64,000 bases of DNA from assembly GCA_976226885.1 (NCBI GenBank), contig OZ320318.1, positions 64,542,001-64,606,000 on the forward strand. Direction: 5' to 3'. Positions within the stretch are counted from its first letter, which is position 1. The number at the start of each line of letters is the position of its first letter. Below the pieces are notes generated by a model. The model was not told the origin of the DNA, did no database searches, and was given only the letters and a program-made list of their open reading frames with translations. This document shows, piece by piece, positions 24,991 to 37,235 of the stretch. Origin of the DNA: Iphione sp. A-MEVVRFRX5 (taxonomy: Eukaryota). A program made the translations under genes and the position numbers.

Positions 24991-27900
24991 TATGTATGTT
25001 CCTGGTCCTAGTACCATTTCCTATACCCTGCTCATGTGTTGCATGTGTTTGCATGAAATTTATGAGGACTGTCGGTTTTCAAACAACCAACATGCAACAC
25101 AAATGCAACTCATAAATGTATGAATGGGTACACTCTCATACACTTGAATGGGTACCTCACATAGCTAAGAGTATGTGGTTAATTTTATACAATGCGCATG
25201 CAAGACATTAATGCAAACCAGCCCAAATGAGCAGTTGGTTGTGGGATAACATCTGAAGTACATTTACTGGATTCTTTGATGATTTAGTTTCCCCCATTAG
25301 AGACATGCTCATTTTGTAGTTCTTTTTATAAGTATTGATTATATTCCTCTCAGTGTGCAGTGACTCGTATATATTGGATGTGTCCACCTCCCACAAGTGT
25401 CTGCCAACGGGTACATGTATTTCGCCGTATTTCTTTCAGCCTTTACTGGCTGTATTCTTTTTATTGATAAGCAGTGCCACATTTACGTCGTGAGATAAGA
25501 GGTTTTTTTTTTTTAAAAGCTTTTGGTTATTGTTGACCTAGTTCAGAGCACGTTAACCCCCGCCATTCACTTGTTTCAAACTGCAGGAGTCGTTGGCTCG
25601 AAATGTTTAGATCCACATGTTCTGCTTTATCGGCCAATGAAAGGCGGTACTGTTACCTATGCCTTTCGAGGTTAATGTAATTGTGCTTGGCTCTCTAATA
25701 TTGACTAACACTGTGTTTGCTTCCAGACAGAGGTGTTTGGACAGGCGCCAATACACAAGTAGCATTCTTCACTGCCAAGACTGTTTTTTTTTATTTGTTG
25801 GCCTGAAAGGTGTGAATTACTTCAGTAAATGTGTCACACGGCAGTCGATTTAGGTCAGTTTCCAAAGTCGAACATTTCACATGAACAGTGCAGAATTTGA
25901 GAAAACGACCAGTATTTGCTCCACAGCTGTACATTATGTGTGTTCGTGATAGTAAACGTATAGGAGCTCACCTGATCGACTCTTTAGAACACTGATGTTT
26001 ACAAATACATTTACATAAGTGTAAACCTCGTCGACTTTATTTCAGTGTGTGCTTTGAAATCTATAACATTCAAATGGAGTGAAATAATATGCATGTACAT
26101 GCATTAGTTTACGTGTTCATTCAGTTGAGCGGCCTGTGTTTGATAGCTGCCGTGTCCTGCGCCAAGCTAGACTATGCCAGCAGGGTGCATAGCATAAAGA
26201 TGATGTCACCATCTGTCACGGCCAGGAGACAAGCTGAAAGGACTGTGGACGATTTGGGGCTGTCACGTGCCCAGTATCGTGTGTTATGTCTTGGGCACGA
26301 AGTCTTAATAACAAGCGAGGCATAATGTAGACAGTGTTTGCGCCCATTTAATAATGAGGCAACTTCGCAGCTTGTGCCAAGACGACCCCGAAGTACCTGA
26401 CAACAGCCAGTTGCCTGTGGAGAACCTGAAAGACGAAAATGCTAGCACCAGGCGGCGTTGCGGTGACGACCCTCGATAGCCTCTTGATAATATCCAGACA
26501 CGCTTGCTTGATAAATACTCAAATGACCACGGCGCTTATTGGCTGTTCACTGCGCACTTTAAGCTGACAGCTCTCACTTGTCCATTTTTAGCAAGCGCAG
26601 GCTGTTCTTATCGAATTATCACGAACTGACGGATCAGAGTGCAGCTGAAGGAGGGTCTGGGGGCGGCGCGGTCTGCTCCGAGCTGGCGCAAGCCTGCGGG
26701 CACTGAGAGATGTCGGCAAGTGGGGGAAGCGTGGGTGTTTGTGTGAGGTGTGTGATGGTGGTTGTGCTGGAGAGGGGAGTGCTCTTGGTAGCAAGGACTA
26801 AGCCCTTAGCACGATGATAGATGGTGTTTGTAGACGGCCCTTGCGACTGTTTGGCCTGGTGTTGCCATCCTTGTAACACAACAGGCACCTCAAGTGTGGC
26901 CTGTCGCCCGCCACCTCTTGAAGGTTAAAAACGACGACCACTACCACCACCACTACAACACGCTCGCTCGGAAAACGGCCGCGCCTCCAGCGTGGGATAT
27001 CTCAAAGTGACGCCCACCTCCAGAGCAGCGTGCTAACAATCTAAAGGTGTGAGGGCGCGTGTGAGGAGCACGAGAAGAAAGAGCGCCCAGCCAAAGCGGT
27101 CCTGAGGAGCCCTTCTGGCAGCGCGCTCCACGACTCGAGTAGGCTCATTTCAAAACTTTGAGCCACTCTGAAAGTGCCGCACATTTGCCAGTGTTATTGC
27201 TTGAAACGGCTGAGAATGGTGTTAAGTGGTCGCCGATAGGCAAAAGGGGTCGGCGACGGCAAATAGGCCGAGGGAATCGACCAATCTTTTGTGGGCAGCG
27301 CATGGTGAAGATTGATTCGGGTGACGGATAGGGTGATGGCACTGACAATAACAAGTGGAGAATGCGGACGAGGCCCCAGTTGAGGAGGTGTTGCGTGTCA
27401 ATGGGGGCGGTAGGTCGCTGTCAAACCAGACTAGCACGTGTGGGACGCATCGATAAGATACGGGACGCCCTCTGCCGGATTGGAGCCAGCCATTTGCCGA
27501 GGTGAAGCTGCGCTTGTCTTCTTCAAGTCGAACCTCATCTGTAACGTGTTAACCCAGCAGGTCCCATGGTGTGATACAGTGCACGTGGGTTAAATCCTTT
27601 GGCCCCGACTAAAATGGCAAGAAACGCTTAAAGAACACAAGCAGATCAGGAACGTCTGTGAACTTGCGGCGAGGAGGGAGAGACATCACCCACTAGTTCC
27701 CAACGAGTTTGTTTTGTTCTTGAGAGCACCCCGCAGGCGGTGGGTGGATTAAGCCTCGATTAAAGTGGTCCCGTCTCAAAGGTATAGCGTGTACTAAGGG
27801 GGGCTTTGAAGGCCGCATCCGCTTATGATACATTCGAGCCAGATGGCATCAGTGTTAAAAAGCAGCTCAAACAACACCCGTTATCCGCCCCACCAAGTGC

Positions 27901-30900
27901 TTCCGGCATCTCCAAATCAGTTTAGAGACCGCCCCTGCAAACTGAGTGTTAGGGTGGCGAGGTTGCTTTTGGGCTGAGAGACCCCAAGGAGAAATGGTGA
28001 AGAGGGGGGTTTAGGAGGGGTTTGACATTGTTCGAGGTTGGATGGGGGGGGGGGGGCGGTCAGTTCCCCTGTAGCCATTTGTCTGCTGGGTATTGTGTCC
28101 AAATAAAAGAGCCTAGTGCCGCCATGTGGCGCTCTGCTCTGATTGCCACCTTGGTTGGTGGGGCGTTAGTGGCATTCTGATATGAAGCGTCATTTGACGA
28201 CACCCTACCCGCACCCCCACCCCATTCTTTAGGACAACCCTTCACCGTAAACGGCCATCTTTACAAGCCACTGTTCAGTCTCATTGTAAACGTCTTAAGC
28301 CAATGTGGAGGTGCTGTTCTTCATATCGACTCAAACATCTTAAATATTGGCTGTAACTGGGGAGCGAGCTTTGTGATTTGTTTTCAATGACGTTGACTCG
28401 GTGACGGCCCAAGAGCATGGCAGATGACTGGCCCAGGTGGACAATGTCGGGGGAGGGGCTTCAGTGTGGCTGTGGTCGGTGTTTTAGTGCGAAAGAGGGC
28501 CCAGCAATCTACGGCGTGTCGTATTGGGGGCGGGAAGGAAACCATGGTAATAGTTACCTGGTCCCCTGACACGCAATAACACTTCAGAATCGAATGATTC
28601 TTTACTCATGCTTGGTTTACAGACAGATCTTTGCATAGAAATTTAGACACTGTTAAAGAAGGTGACGACAAGGACGCTGTGCGTATTATGCCTCCCAGAA
28701 CGAAAATAATGCCAAACGCAAAACTTACTGATTTTTTAAATGAATAAATAAGGGAGAGAGGTTTTCGTCATATATCATCGGAAGAGGGCTGGTCTTATTT
28801 TTTTAAGCCCCCCCCCCCCACACACACACTTTTAGCGGAATTTTTACGGGTGAATTCTCTGTCCGTGTAAGTTGAGAAGTTGTAAACGTCCAGAGGTGAA
28901 GTTTTCACACGTGAGTACCCCCCACCCCCTCCCCGGTGATACCAAGGGTCATCGTCCCGGCACGGACCACCACCTCCGTTGTGAAGAGAGGTCTCACTCA
29001 ACTCCTCATTATCGCCACCCCCTCCCGCTCCTCCTTTCCGCTTTTTTGCCCGTGTCCTTGAACATATGACACGTCTTCACCACCAGGTGGAGTCGTCACG
29101 TGAACTGTTCCAGTTTTATGCACCCTGTACCAGTTTCCTCATGTTGAGTGTTGTGAGTGTTGCGATTATTGCTAATAGTGTAGCGTGGCCTATTATACCT
29201 ATGTATATTTACCATTCTGTCGACTGTGTTTCCACAAGCATCTACTACCTGTACGTTCAGTTTAGTTTACCAAAGACCTCATATTTTATTTTACATGCAG
29301 ATGATTGGAAGTATTAGTCACTCTCACTTAATACCCAATGACCCATCGCTGAGAAGCTAGGATATTTTCCATTTTCCTAGTTTCACAACTTTCCACTGTT
29401 CAGAAAGAGTCTTCATGTAGAGAGTGTTCTGATGGTACCAGCAGTCATAAGTAAGTGGAGTTGTCGAAGTGGCCATAGTGGAAGGTCAATTGGAACAAAA
29501 GAAAAAAAATATAGTCAACTAGATGAGCTTCAGTCTTTTGTGTGAGTAGATCAAGTCTTCTAGACGAGATATTGCACCCATACACGTATTATTTTAGGAT
29601 AGGTGTAATGACAAACAACCCATAGAATCTGATAATGTTGTCCCAGAAAGTGCCAAGTCAACGTTGTTTCGGGCTCGCCCACTGCTTGGTCATAGCTGGG
29701 GGGTTCGTGAGTAGTCTCCGTGGTAGGGGGTCTGAGGCAGGCAAGGGTTGGTGCCTCTCCAGGCGACCATGAACAGGGGCCATCATAACAGAGGATGGGT
29801 GGCATTTACTGTGGCAATGAAAGGAAAACAGCGAATAATAGAAACGCAACATCTTCATCGCTGCTGCCGTGTCTTTTCTTTTCCTGCCCGCGGGGGCTGA
29901 CGGAGCCAAAGGGCGAGGCGTTTTAAGCGGGTCGATCGGCGCGGCAGTGGTAGAAACTTCGCTAAATGTTCTTCCCCTCTACATCCACGCGCCTGTGTCA
30001 GTCTGTATCAGTCCGGGCCGACCTTCACCCCCGGGCCCCTCAGGCGAGAGTTAAAAACACGGACCGACTGCTGTGTGAAGGTGCAAAAGGAAATCGCTAA
30101 CATGCCCTCAGGCGGGATGGTGCTTGGAAAAGGCATTTAGGACGACCGTCAGGACGACATGTTTTCAGTCCTCATTAAAGTAGTCGGATAAAGACGCGGG
30201 AAACGCATGCCGACGCTGGCCCCAGAACGGTTAAGAAAGCGATGGATGAGGGCACAAGACGTGGGGTGCCGCGAGTTAGGGGCTTGCCCTGCGGGATGGC
30301 ATTATGACCAGCTCAGGCTGTATTAACCCATGCAGGGCTCCCTTTTTTGTGGGTTGGGGGAGGGGGCGAGGACAGGGGACTCCCGTCTGCTATCCGCGTT
30401 GGCAGCTTGGTTGGCGCCTGTACTTCCCGCTGCGCCTGATCTGTGCTGACAATTGGACCCACTGCTGGGAGCGACTCTGAGAAGAGAAAACACACAAGGC
30501 AGAAAGTAAAAGATGAAAACTGGGTGTACACAACTCGTAGGTATGTCACTAGCACCAACGTGACTATAGACACCGGCGCCCATCGTAGGAGCTGGTTCGC
30601 AGCTTTGTTGTTTTCCTCACATGTTTCTCACATCCATGTGTTCAGGACGTATAACCATTCTCTGTTCCTTGGCGACATTTCTGCGCTGTCCATGTATACA
30701 GGGAAATTCTTTAAAATGAAAGCATGACTAAGGACAAGTAGCTAAGACGAACGTACAGAACAGTTTCTGATATCAAATTTTATACTGCACAAGTGCGTGT
30801 AAAAGTAGTTAGTAGTCGAAGAGCAATACTGCGCATTGATTTGTATTTTTTCATATCGACCCAGCCCCAGAAGCCCTTGTTGAGGCCGTTATGAGGCCGC

Positions 30901-32413
30901 CACTGAGATGTACCTACAAGCCTTGCATCCGGATGGCAACAGTGTGAACAGCGGTAGGCCTTGTTCTTATAGCCGCTACCGCAGCCGCCTCGCGGACCAC
31001 TGCACCCGTCGCCCGCCCACCTGAGTCTCTACCCCTCCTCCCTCCTTCAGCTCCCCCCCCCCGCCCACCCTCGCAGCTAATGACGTGGGCTCGGTGGCTG
31101 TGCGGCATTAATTGGCGAGGCGCGACCGTCGAGCGGCCATTTGCGTCGCCGTCGCCCGCCGCCCGGAAATAGGTTGGCGCACAGCTAATGGGCGCTTCTC
31201 ACGAGGCGATGAAATATACATGTTCCGGGCCAGCTGCCAGTTGCGGCCCTGGATGTCGGCCAGGCAGTCCTGCGTCTGGCCAACCAGCCCTCAGCCCGCC
31301 CAAACCCCTCTCACCGCCCCATCCTCCCACCATTCCTCCTTTTCCCCCCACCCACCTGCCGACGCTTTCTCGACTCAGCGTGTCCTGCCAGCAGGAACCA
31401 CAGCGATCGGTGATTGCTTAAAGAAATGCGAATGTGGCATGTTGATTAAATTGAGGAAGAATGTCGGAGAAAGACAGAGATGGACAAACACTTCTACAAA
31501 AATACGCCATTTTCTATCGTTGCGTGCCTTTATTTAGCGAGTGATCACTTATGAGACCTTATTAAAGGGATATTTAAATGACACAAGAGCGATAATTGTA
31601 CCTTTCTGTAAATTCTTTCCGTAAACTAGACGTTATCTATCTGGCAAGCGACGCATTTTTTTTTCTTTTTGCACTCATTATCTTTGATTACAAATGCTGA
31701 CTGGACGTCGCCTCGGCGGTACCAATATGATACGAGTGGCAGCGATTGGGATAATTAGAGGGCAGGTTTGATTACCGAGGTGTGATGGCGCCGGCAGCTA
31801 GCCTTGAGCAGCTCTTCGTCTGGTGGACCAGAGCAGCTCGGTGTATGGGAGGAGGGAGACTGAAGTCGTCTGGTTAGAGATGACTTTAGGAGATGAGCCG
31901 GCTGTCGATTCACATATACTACTGCTGGTAGAAGTACGATCACGTTATCTTGTTCGACAGGCTGCCTTCCTTAAGAGCAGGGACTTTACAAGTACATGTG
32001 TACATACATTCGAGTATTCGTGTATATTGCCTGCGTTCCACACTATTTATAGGTATAATTCTTAGATACAGACAACAAGGGACAGCAAATGGGACAGTAA
32101 TGGTTATGTGAGAGAAGTACTAAAGCACATTGTGTGGCCATCTTGGAACGGATTGTGCTGTACCAGGGCAAAGTTGGTAGCCGAGCCATGTCTGTGCGTG
32201 CGTCTGTGTGAACGCGAGCCCTGTTGGTGCTACTCGACAGCCGACGGTGCACCAACCTGACATGGGAATCTAATGATTGGTTAGTAGTAGCCGGGCTCGG
32301 GTGCATTCACTCAGTCATTATTGATGACAGCACCATTAGTGTAATTGAATGCCGTTATTATTGTCACAGATCGGCTGGCAAGTGATTGTGGTTCTGTGTC
32401 TGCGCCTGGCGGT

Positions 32414-32440
32414 TGGTGGTGGTGGTGGTGGTGGTGGTGG
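32414..32440. repeat. (TGG)9 microsatellite
   Basis: Perfect 27-bp run. Confidence 0.95.
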
Positions 32441-32672
32441 ACGGACGGGGCCCGCCACACGCCTGGCATGGCGCCCAGATTCGGGGCTAACACGGGCCTG
32501 TGGCATCGAGCTGCTGCCTGCCTGCACGGCGGGCTCCCTATAATAATAATCCACCGGTCTACATCCAGCGGTCCTATTCAGACCCACCGACCGGCTCATC
32601 TTCCCTTATCCACACGACCTGCCAATGTAATATTACCATGACCGCCACAGTTGTCGGAACGCCGACCCCGAT

Positions 32673-32703
32673 GTGACGTCACTGACGTCGTGCATACTTC
32701 CGG
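32673..32703. promoter_or_regulatory. Tandem CRE motifs plus an ETS motif
   Basis: GTGACGTCAC (32673-32682), TGACGTCG (32683-32690) and ACTTCCGG (32696-32703), followed by GC-rich sequence. Confidence 0.35.
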
Positions 32704-33866
32704 CGCGGGTGGAGGGGAGAGGGCACCGCTGACCCCATTCGGGCAGGGACGACGGGAGGGTGACCCGTCATCGGATTTGGCTGCTGTAATGGTGGGCGTG
32801 TGACAAGGAATGAGAGGGTTTGGGCACTATTTTCGAGGCAAGTAGTCGAGTGGAGGAAGATTTAGGGGTAGAGACAGGCAGATCGAATGAAAAGGGGACT
32901 AGGTCGACCAGTGGCTTCACTAAAGGACATTGGTGCTCCGTGGTTGAGATTGGGGGGATGTTGCCCTTACCGTTGGTCGTCGTAGTCTGGTTGTGAGACC
33001 TGCGTTCGCCGGCAGGGAGGATATAAGGGGGAGATGGTCTTGGGGAAAGAGGGGGGGGGGGACAAAAAAAATTGAGGACAGTGCCTCACGAAAGAAACGT
33101 TTGGGCAGGCGGGATGTTTGGGTAGAGCTGACTCTCCAATAACTCGCTCAGTCCCAGTCCTCCATGTCCCTCTGTTGACCTGCTCACCGGCGTCAGCGCC
33201 ACAGCTTGCCCCACCCGCCAAGTCGCCGGCCCAGTCCGACCGAATGAGATGCTGTTTACACGGCTGAGTAGTAAGACACATTGACATAGCAATCGGGCTG
33301 CCGCTCGGCCAAGCAAAGGTTAGACTGGCGCCAATATTGGACGTCAATTCACGCCGCTTGTCAGACGTAATGGAGAGATGCGCGGCCAACGCCGTCCATG
33401 ACAATGCGATGGTGGTAGGCCGAATATAGGTAGATTGACCACCAGCACTCTCCCCTCCACAGTCTTCATGTGGACAAAGAGACGCGGATCAACTTCCACT
33501 CGGTACATGTACTTGTATACATGTTTATGTGTTTTAAAGGACAAATCCCTGGAACAGATGTAGTTCCCTATTATACAGGAATAGAATGCTGACTGTCTTT
33601 TGCAATACTTGTATTTGCTAATAGGAAATTTTATTACACGGTAGAAATTTGCCACGGAGCAAATATCGACATTGACGGTCTCGGATTTCCTGTTTACCTT
33701 CCATATAAGTTTCTAGTTACTTATGTAAAGGTTTTCGTGCAGGCAGCCTGTATCAGTCGCTCGGAACTGATTCTGTCAGAAGTATGGAAAATTCAAGATG
33801 AGGTCAAACAGCTTCTATCTATGTAGGTGGATACACCACCAGTTTTAGTTTCATTTTGCGACTTAA

Positions 33867-34629
33867 GGCCAGGTTTCCATGTATGCGTTTAGGCATGGCT
33901 GTGAGTATGTGTTTGTAAACATGTTTTTGGGTACAATGGTTCACATGACGAGTGTACTCATGTACGCATGTCTGTGCCTGTATGTAACATGTACGCGTGC
34001 CCAGTGTTTGAAAAATGGAAGATGTCCCATTTTCCACGGAATACAACCCATGTTTTTCATAACATGCAACCCATGTTTTCCATAAAGTGGGGTGAAATAC
34101 TTGTGCTCGGTGTTTGAAAAATGGAACATGTCCCTTTTTCCACGGAACATGGGCGTGTCTTCCATAGCAGTATAAGAAAAGTGGGGTGAAATAGGTCATG
34201 TTTTTTTTGTTTCCTGCAGAAAAGGAAATATTCCTGCACATCACTGCACATGTCTGCACATGTACTTATGTTTTTTGCCATTTTTTGACCAGATTTCCAT
34301 GAATTTTGCCGTTTTCCAGCCAAGTTTTCACGAAATAGGCCACTTTTTGGCCAAGTTTCTTGAATTATGCTGTTTTTCAGCTGATTTCCATGAAACATGC
34401 CATTTTCTTTCATTTTTCAGACTAGTTTGCCTGATATTTGCAATGTCTCAGGCCTATTTACCTTATAATTGGCAAATTTGTGCTATGTTTTCATGTTTTC
34501 ATGCACAAAAACAACATGAACATGGAAACACAGTTACCATGCTTAGTGTTTCTACAGTGGTTGAGAGGATTGTCTTTCACGGCCGTAAAAATACGTGCCA
34601 TGTATACACGCGTACATGGGAACCCAGCC
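33867..34629. mobile_element. Non-autonomous PIF/Harbinger-like TIR element (E2, 763 bp)
   Basis: 33-bp TIRs, 26/33 identical (GGCCAGGTTTCCATGTATGCG... vs the reverse complement GGCTGGGTTCCCATGTACGCG...). Flanks TAA / GAA. Internal ~100-bp duplication (34004-34041 vs 34110-34147, 36/38 identical; AAAGTGGGGTGAAATA at 34084 and 34178). Shares modules with both E1 and E3. Confidence 0.75.
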
Positions 34630-35220
34630 GAAGAGCTCACATTCGAAACACGCTTCTAATAGAAAGCCTGTGCAAAAGGTACTCATTTAAGGAAAACTTA
34701 AGCGTTTAATCCTACAGCCCCTTCCTGTTATGCGTCAACAACTAGTGGAAAGGTGTTGCAGTGTACGAGTGTGGTGCGTTGCTCTTCAAAAGCGGATAAG
34801 AAAGTTCAAGCGGCTGAGCGTTTCGTGAAATACATGTTGTATGTATTTGTTGGTTTCTGTAGTTGTCAGAACGTGCTGTAAGATGGTGAAGAGTAAAGGG
34901 ATGGAGAAATACCTCCCCCGCTGGTTTCCTCAGTCGTTACTGTCAGGTCATCTAGTTCGAGGTCACCGAGAGACGGCGCCATCTCTTTGACTTCCTGCGT
35001 CTAAAAACATAAACACAGAGCACGGCTCCCTGCCTATCCTGGACCCCAAAAGATCTTTTTTCTCACGTTTTCCCCATTGCATTGAATCACATATTCAGTC
35101 ACACATACATGAACACGTTTAGTAAGATTGACTGTGGTGGCATGTTTACCTTCAATAGCAATGTCTATATGAATGCTCATATTACTCCTTGTAAAACCGA
35201 CTTTCTTCTTTTTCTTCTAG

Positions 35221-35259
35221 GTTTGCAAGAATAGTCAACTTACATCTAATAAATCCAGG
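35221..35259 (+). other. Candidate 39-nt micro-exon
   Basis: Strong acceptor ctttcttctttttcttctAG and donor AGG|GTAAGT. Length divisible by 3; open in phase 0 (VCKNSQLTSNKSR) and phase 1 (FARIVNLHLINP). No homologue recognised. Confidence 0.3.
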
Positions 35260-37205
35260 GTAAGTTGTTTTTTTATATTATCGATCGATAAAACTGCTAT
35301 GAAATTCTCAGACATGACAGACTTTCCTAGTTGCTTTTTGGCTGCAGTCAACGTATTGTTCTTTTCGATCCACATTTGTATTCCCAGGCAAATAAGAAAG
35401 CAGCTTGGGAAAGTGGCAATGGACAAAGAGAGACAGCTACCAAAATATTTTGCCACTTTACTAAAGTATTTGGCAGGCACGGCAGTCGAATCTTCTGCCC
35501 GTGACGGTTGGCCCTTTGTTCCCAGCGGTTGCCTTTCCGCGCGGCCACTGGTCCCCTTTCCCCTCAGCCGCGTCTACGCCTCCACCTAGCCGAGTCTTCT
35601 GCTCCCAGCCAACCATCTACGTCACTGCAGTTTCCTTTGTCCCGGTCACACTCTGACAAATACGGCCAATGCGTCGGAGCGGAAGTCGGACAAGCTTATT
35701 TTGAGAAACCTTCCCGATTTGCTCGGCGGTAATGCAACGCTTAGTCCGACAGCGTTCCGTTTTGTGTTCGTCCTCATTTCCGGCAAATCTGACCGCAGTA
35801 ACATGGACAGTCGTGTTTTGAAATGCTTGGCTATTGGTCATGTCATGTCATCAGACCATTTCCTGTAAAATGTAACGATTTTCATATTAATGACGAGGCA
35901 TGTTGTGGATAGATCCTAGGCTAACGTACTCTCCTTTAATGAATGCATCCAAGATGTGGAAAGAAGTGCCACGGAATGATAACTAGCAGTAAAGGAGTTA
36001 GATTTGATTTGCCTTCATCTACGCCAAACGGGCATGTAAAGGACTGCCTGCCAATGTCCGATTTTTGATCTTGCAGGAAACTAAGCAAATGCTTTTTATA
36101 GGGCTTCTTTGGCTTTGTGCAATCAGATAGGATCATTCCCCGTGTTAGGGTTGAAAGTGGGCCTGCTGCGTGACGACACCAAGGTGAGAGGCAAGATCAA
36201 AGGCCAAACCTGCAGTGTCGTTCATTACAGCCCACCTGTGTGTCGATGTGTCTGTTCCTGAGCGTTAAAACTCTCTGATGATGATACGTCCGCCTGCACA
36301 CTCGAAGGCAGTAGAAAGAATTATTAAGAGATCGGCGGAAGACACGGAGGAAATGAGAAGCACACAGAGAGAAGGCACGGAAGAGCATTGATAACGAACT
36401 GGATAACAACAGAATACATTCGTCAGCAGATATTTCAAGCAAATGCTACCCCTGAGTATTTTTTTCCTGAAATGAGGATTAACATAATATATATGCGTGT
36501 GCATGTGTATATTGATAGTCATTTATGTGTGCTTGCCGAACCTTTGTTGGTAACCTCTACATATTTCTTTTTGCCCGAATTTTATCAATTACTTGTGCAC
36601 CATTTGAAACACACCTGCAGTATACATGAGGTTGATTCTGAAAGCAAGACGAGACTAGGGGCGAAATGAAATTCATTTAATGGTTTGACGTTGACAGGCT
36701 CCTAACAGTCCCAGTGCTAGTATGTGTCATGGAGAGATGACTGGGAGTGTTGTTTGGGTTGTGATCAGTTGTGGTGGCCAAGTGCTTGGAAGCTCCAGCT
36801 GTAGTTCTCAAATCCCACCTCGTGAAATATTAAGCAGGGCCCCTTTGAGTGGTGTGAGCCGGTGATAAATAGATAAATGGCCAGGTGCCACCCACCGTCG
36901 ACCTCGGCCACCCAGTTCTGGCGAACACTGTCACATACGCCGCCAGTGTTGAAACCAAGCCAGCGCTGTTTCCCTCGGCACAGGCCCAGCGGTCGTGTAG
37001 CCTTGATGAAACGGCATGAAAACGCACCACCCAGTCAGGCCACAAAAAAAGGGATCAGCAGGCGCGGTTGAATTATTCAAGCACTATTTACACGATGTCA
37101 TGATGCCGGTATTTCACCATGACTGTATCAGACGAAACAAAGTGTACGTGACCCTATACATTGGCGAGAATAAATAGCGCCTGCACGTATTTTTTTTTAT
37201 TGTAG

Positions 37206-37235
37206 AGATGTCCTTTTGTCCTGGTCAGACGGGCT
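37206..37235 (+). other. Candidate 30-nt micro-exon
   Basis: Acceptor tatttttttttattgtAG and donor GCT|GTAAGT. Open in all three phases. Confidence 0.2.
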
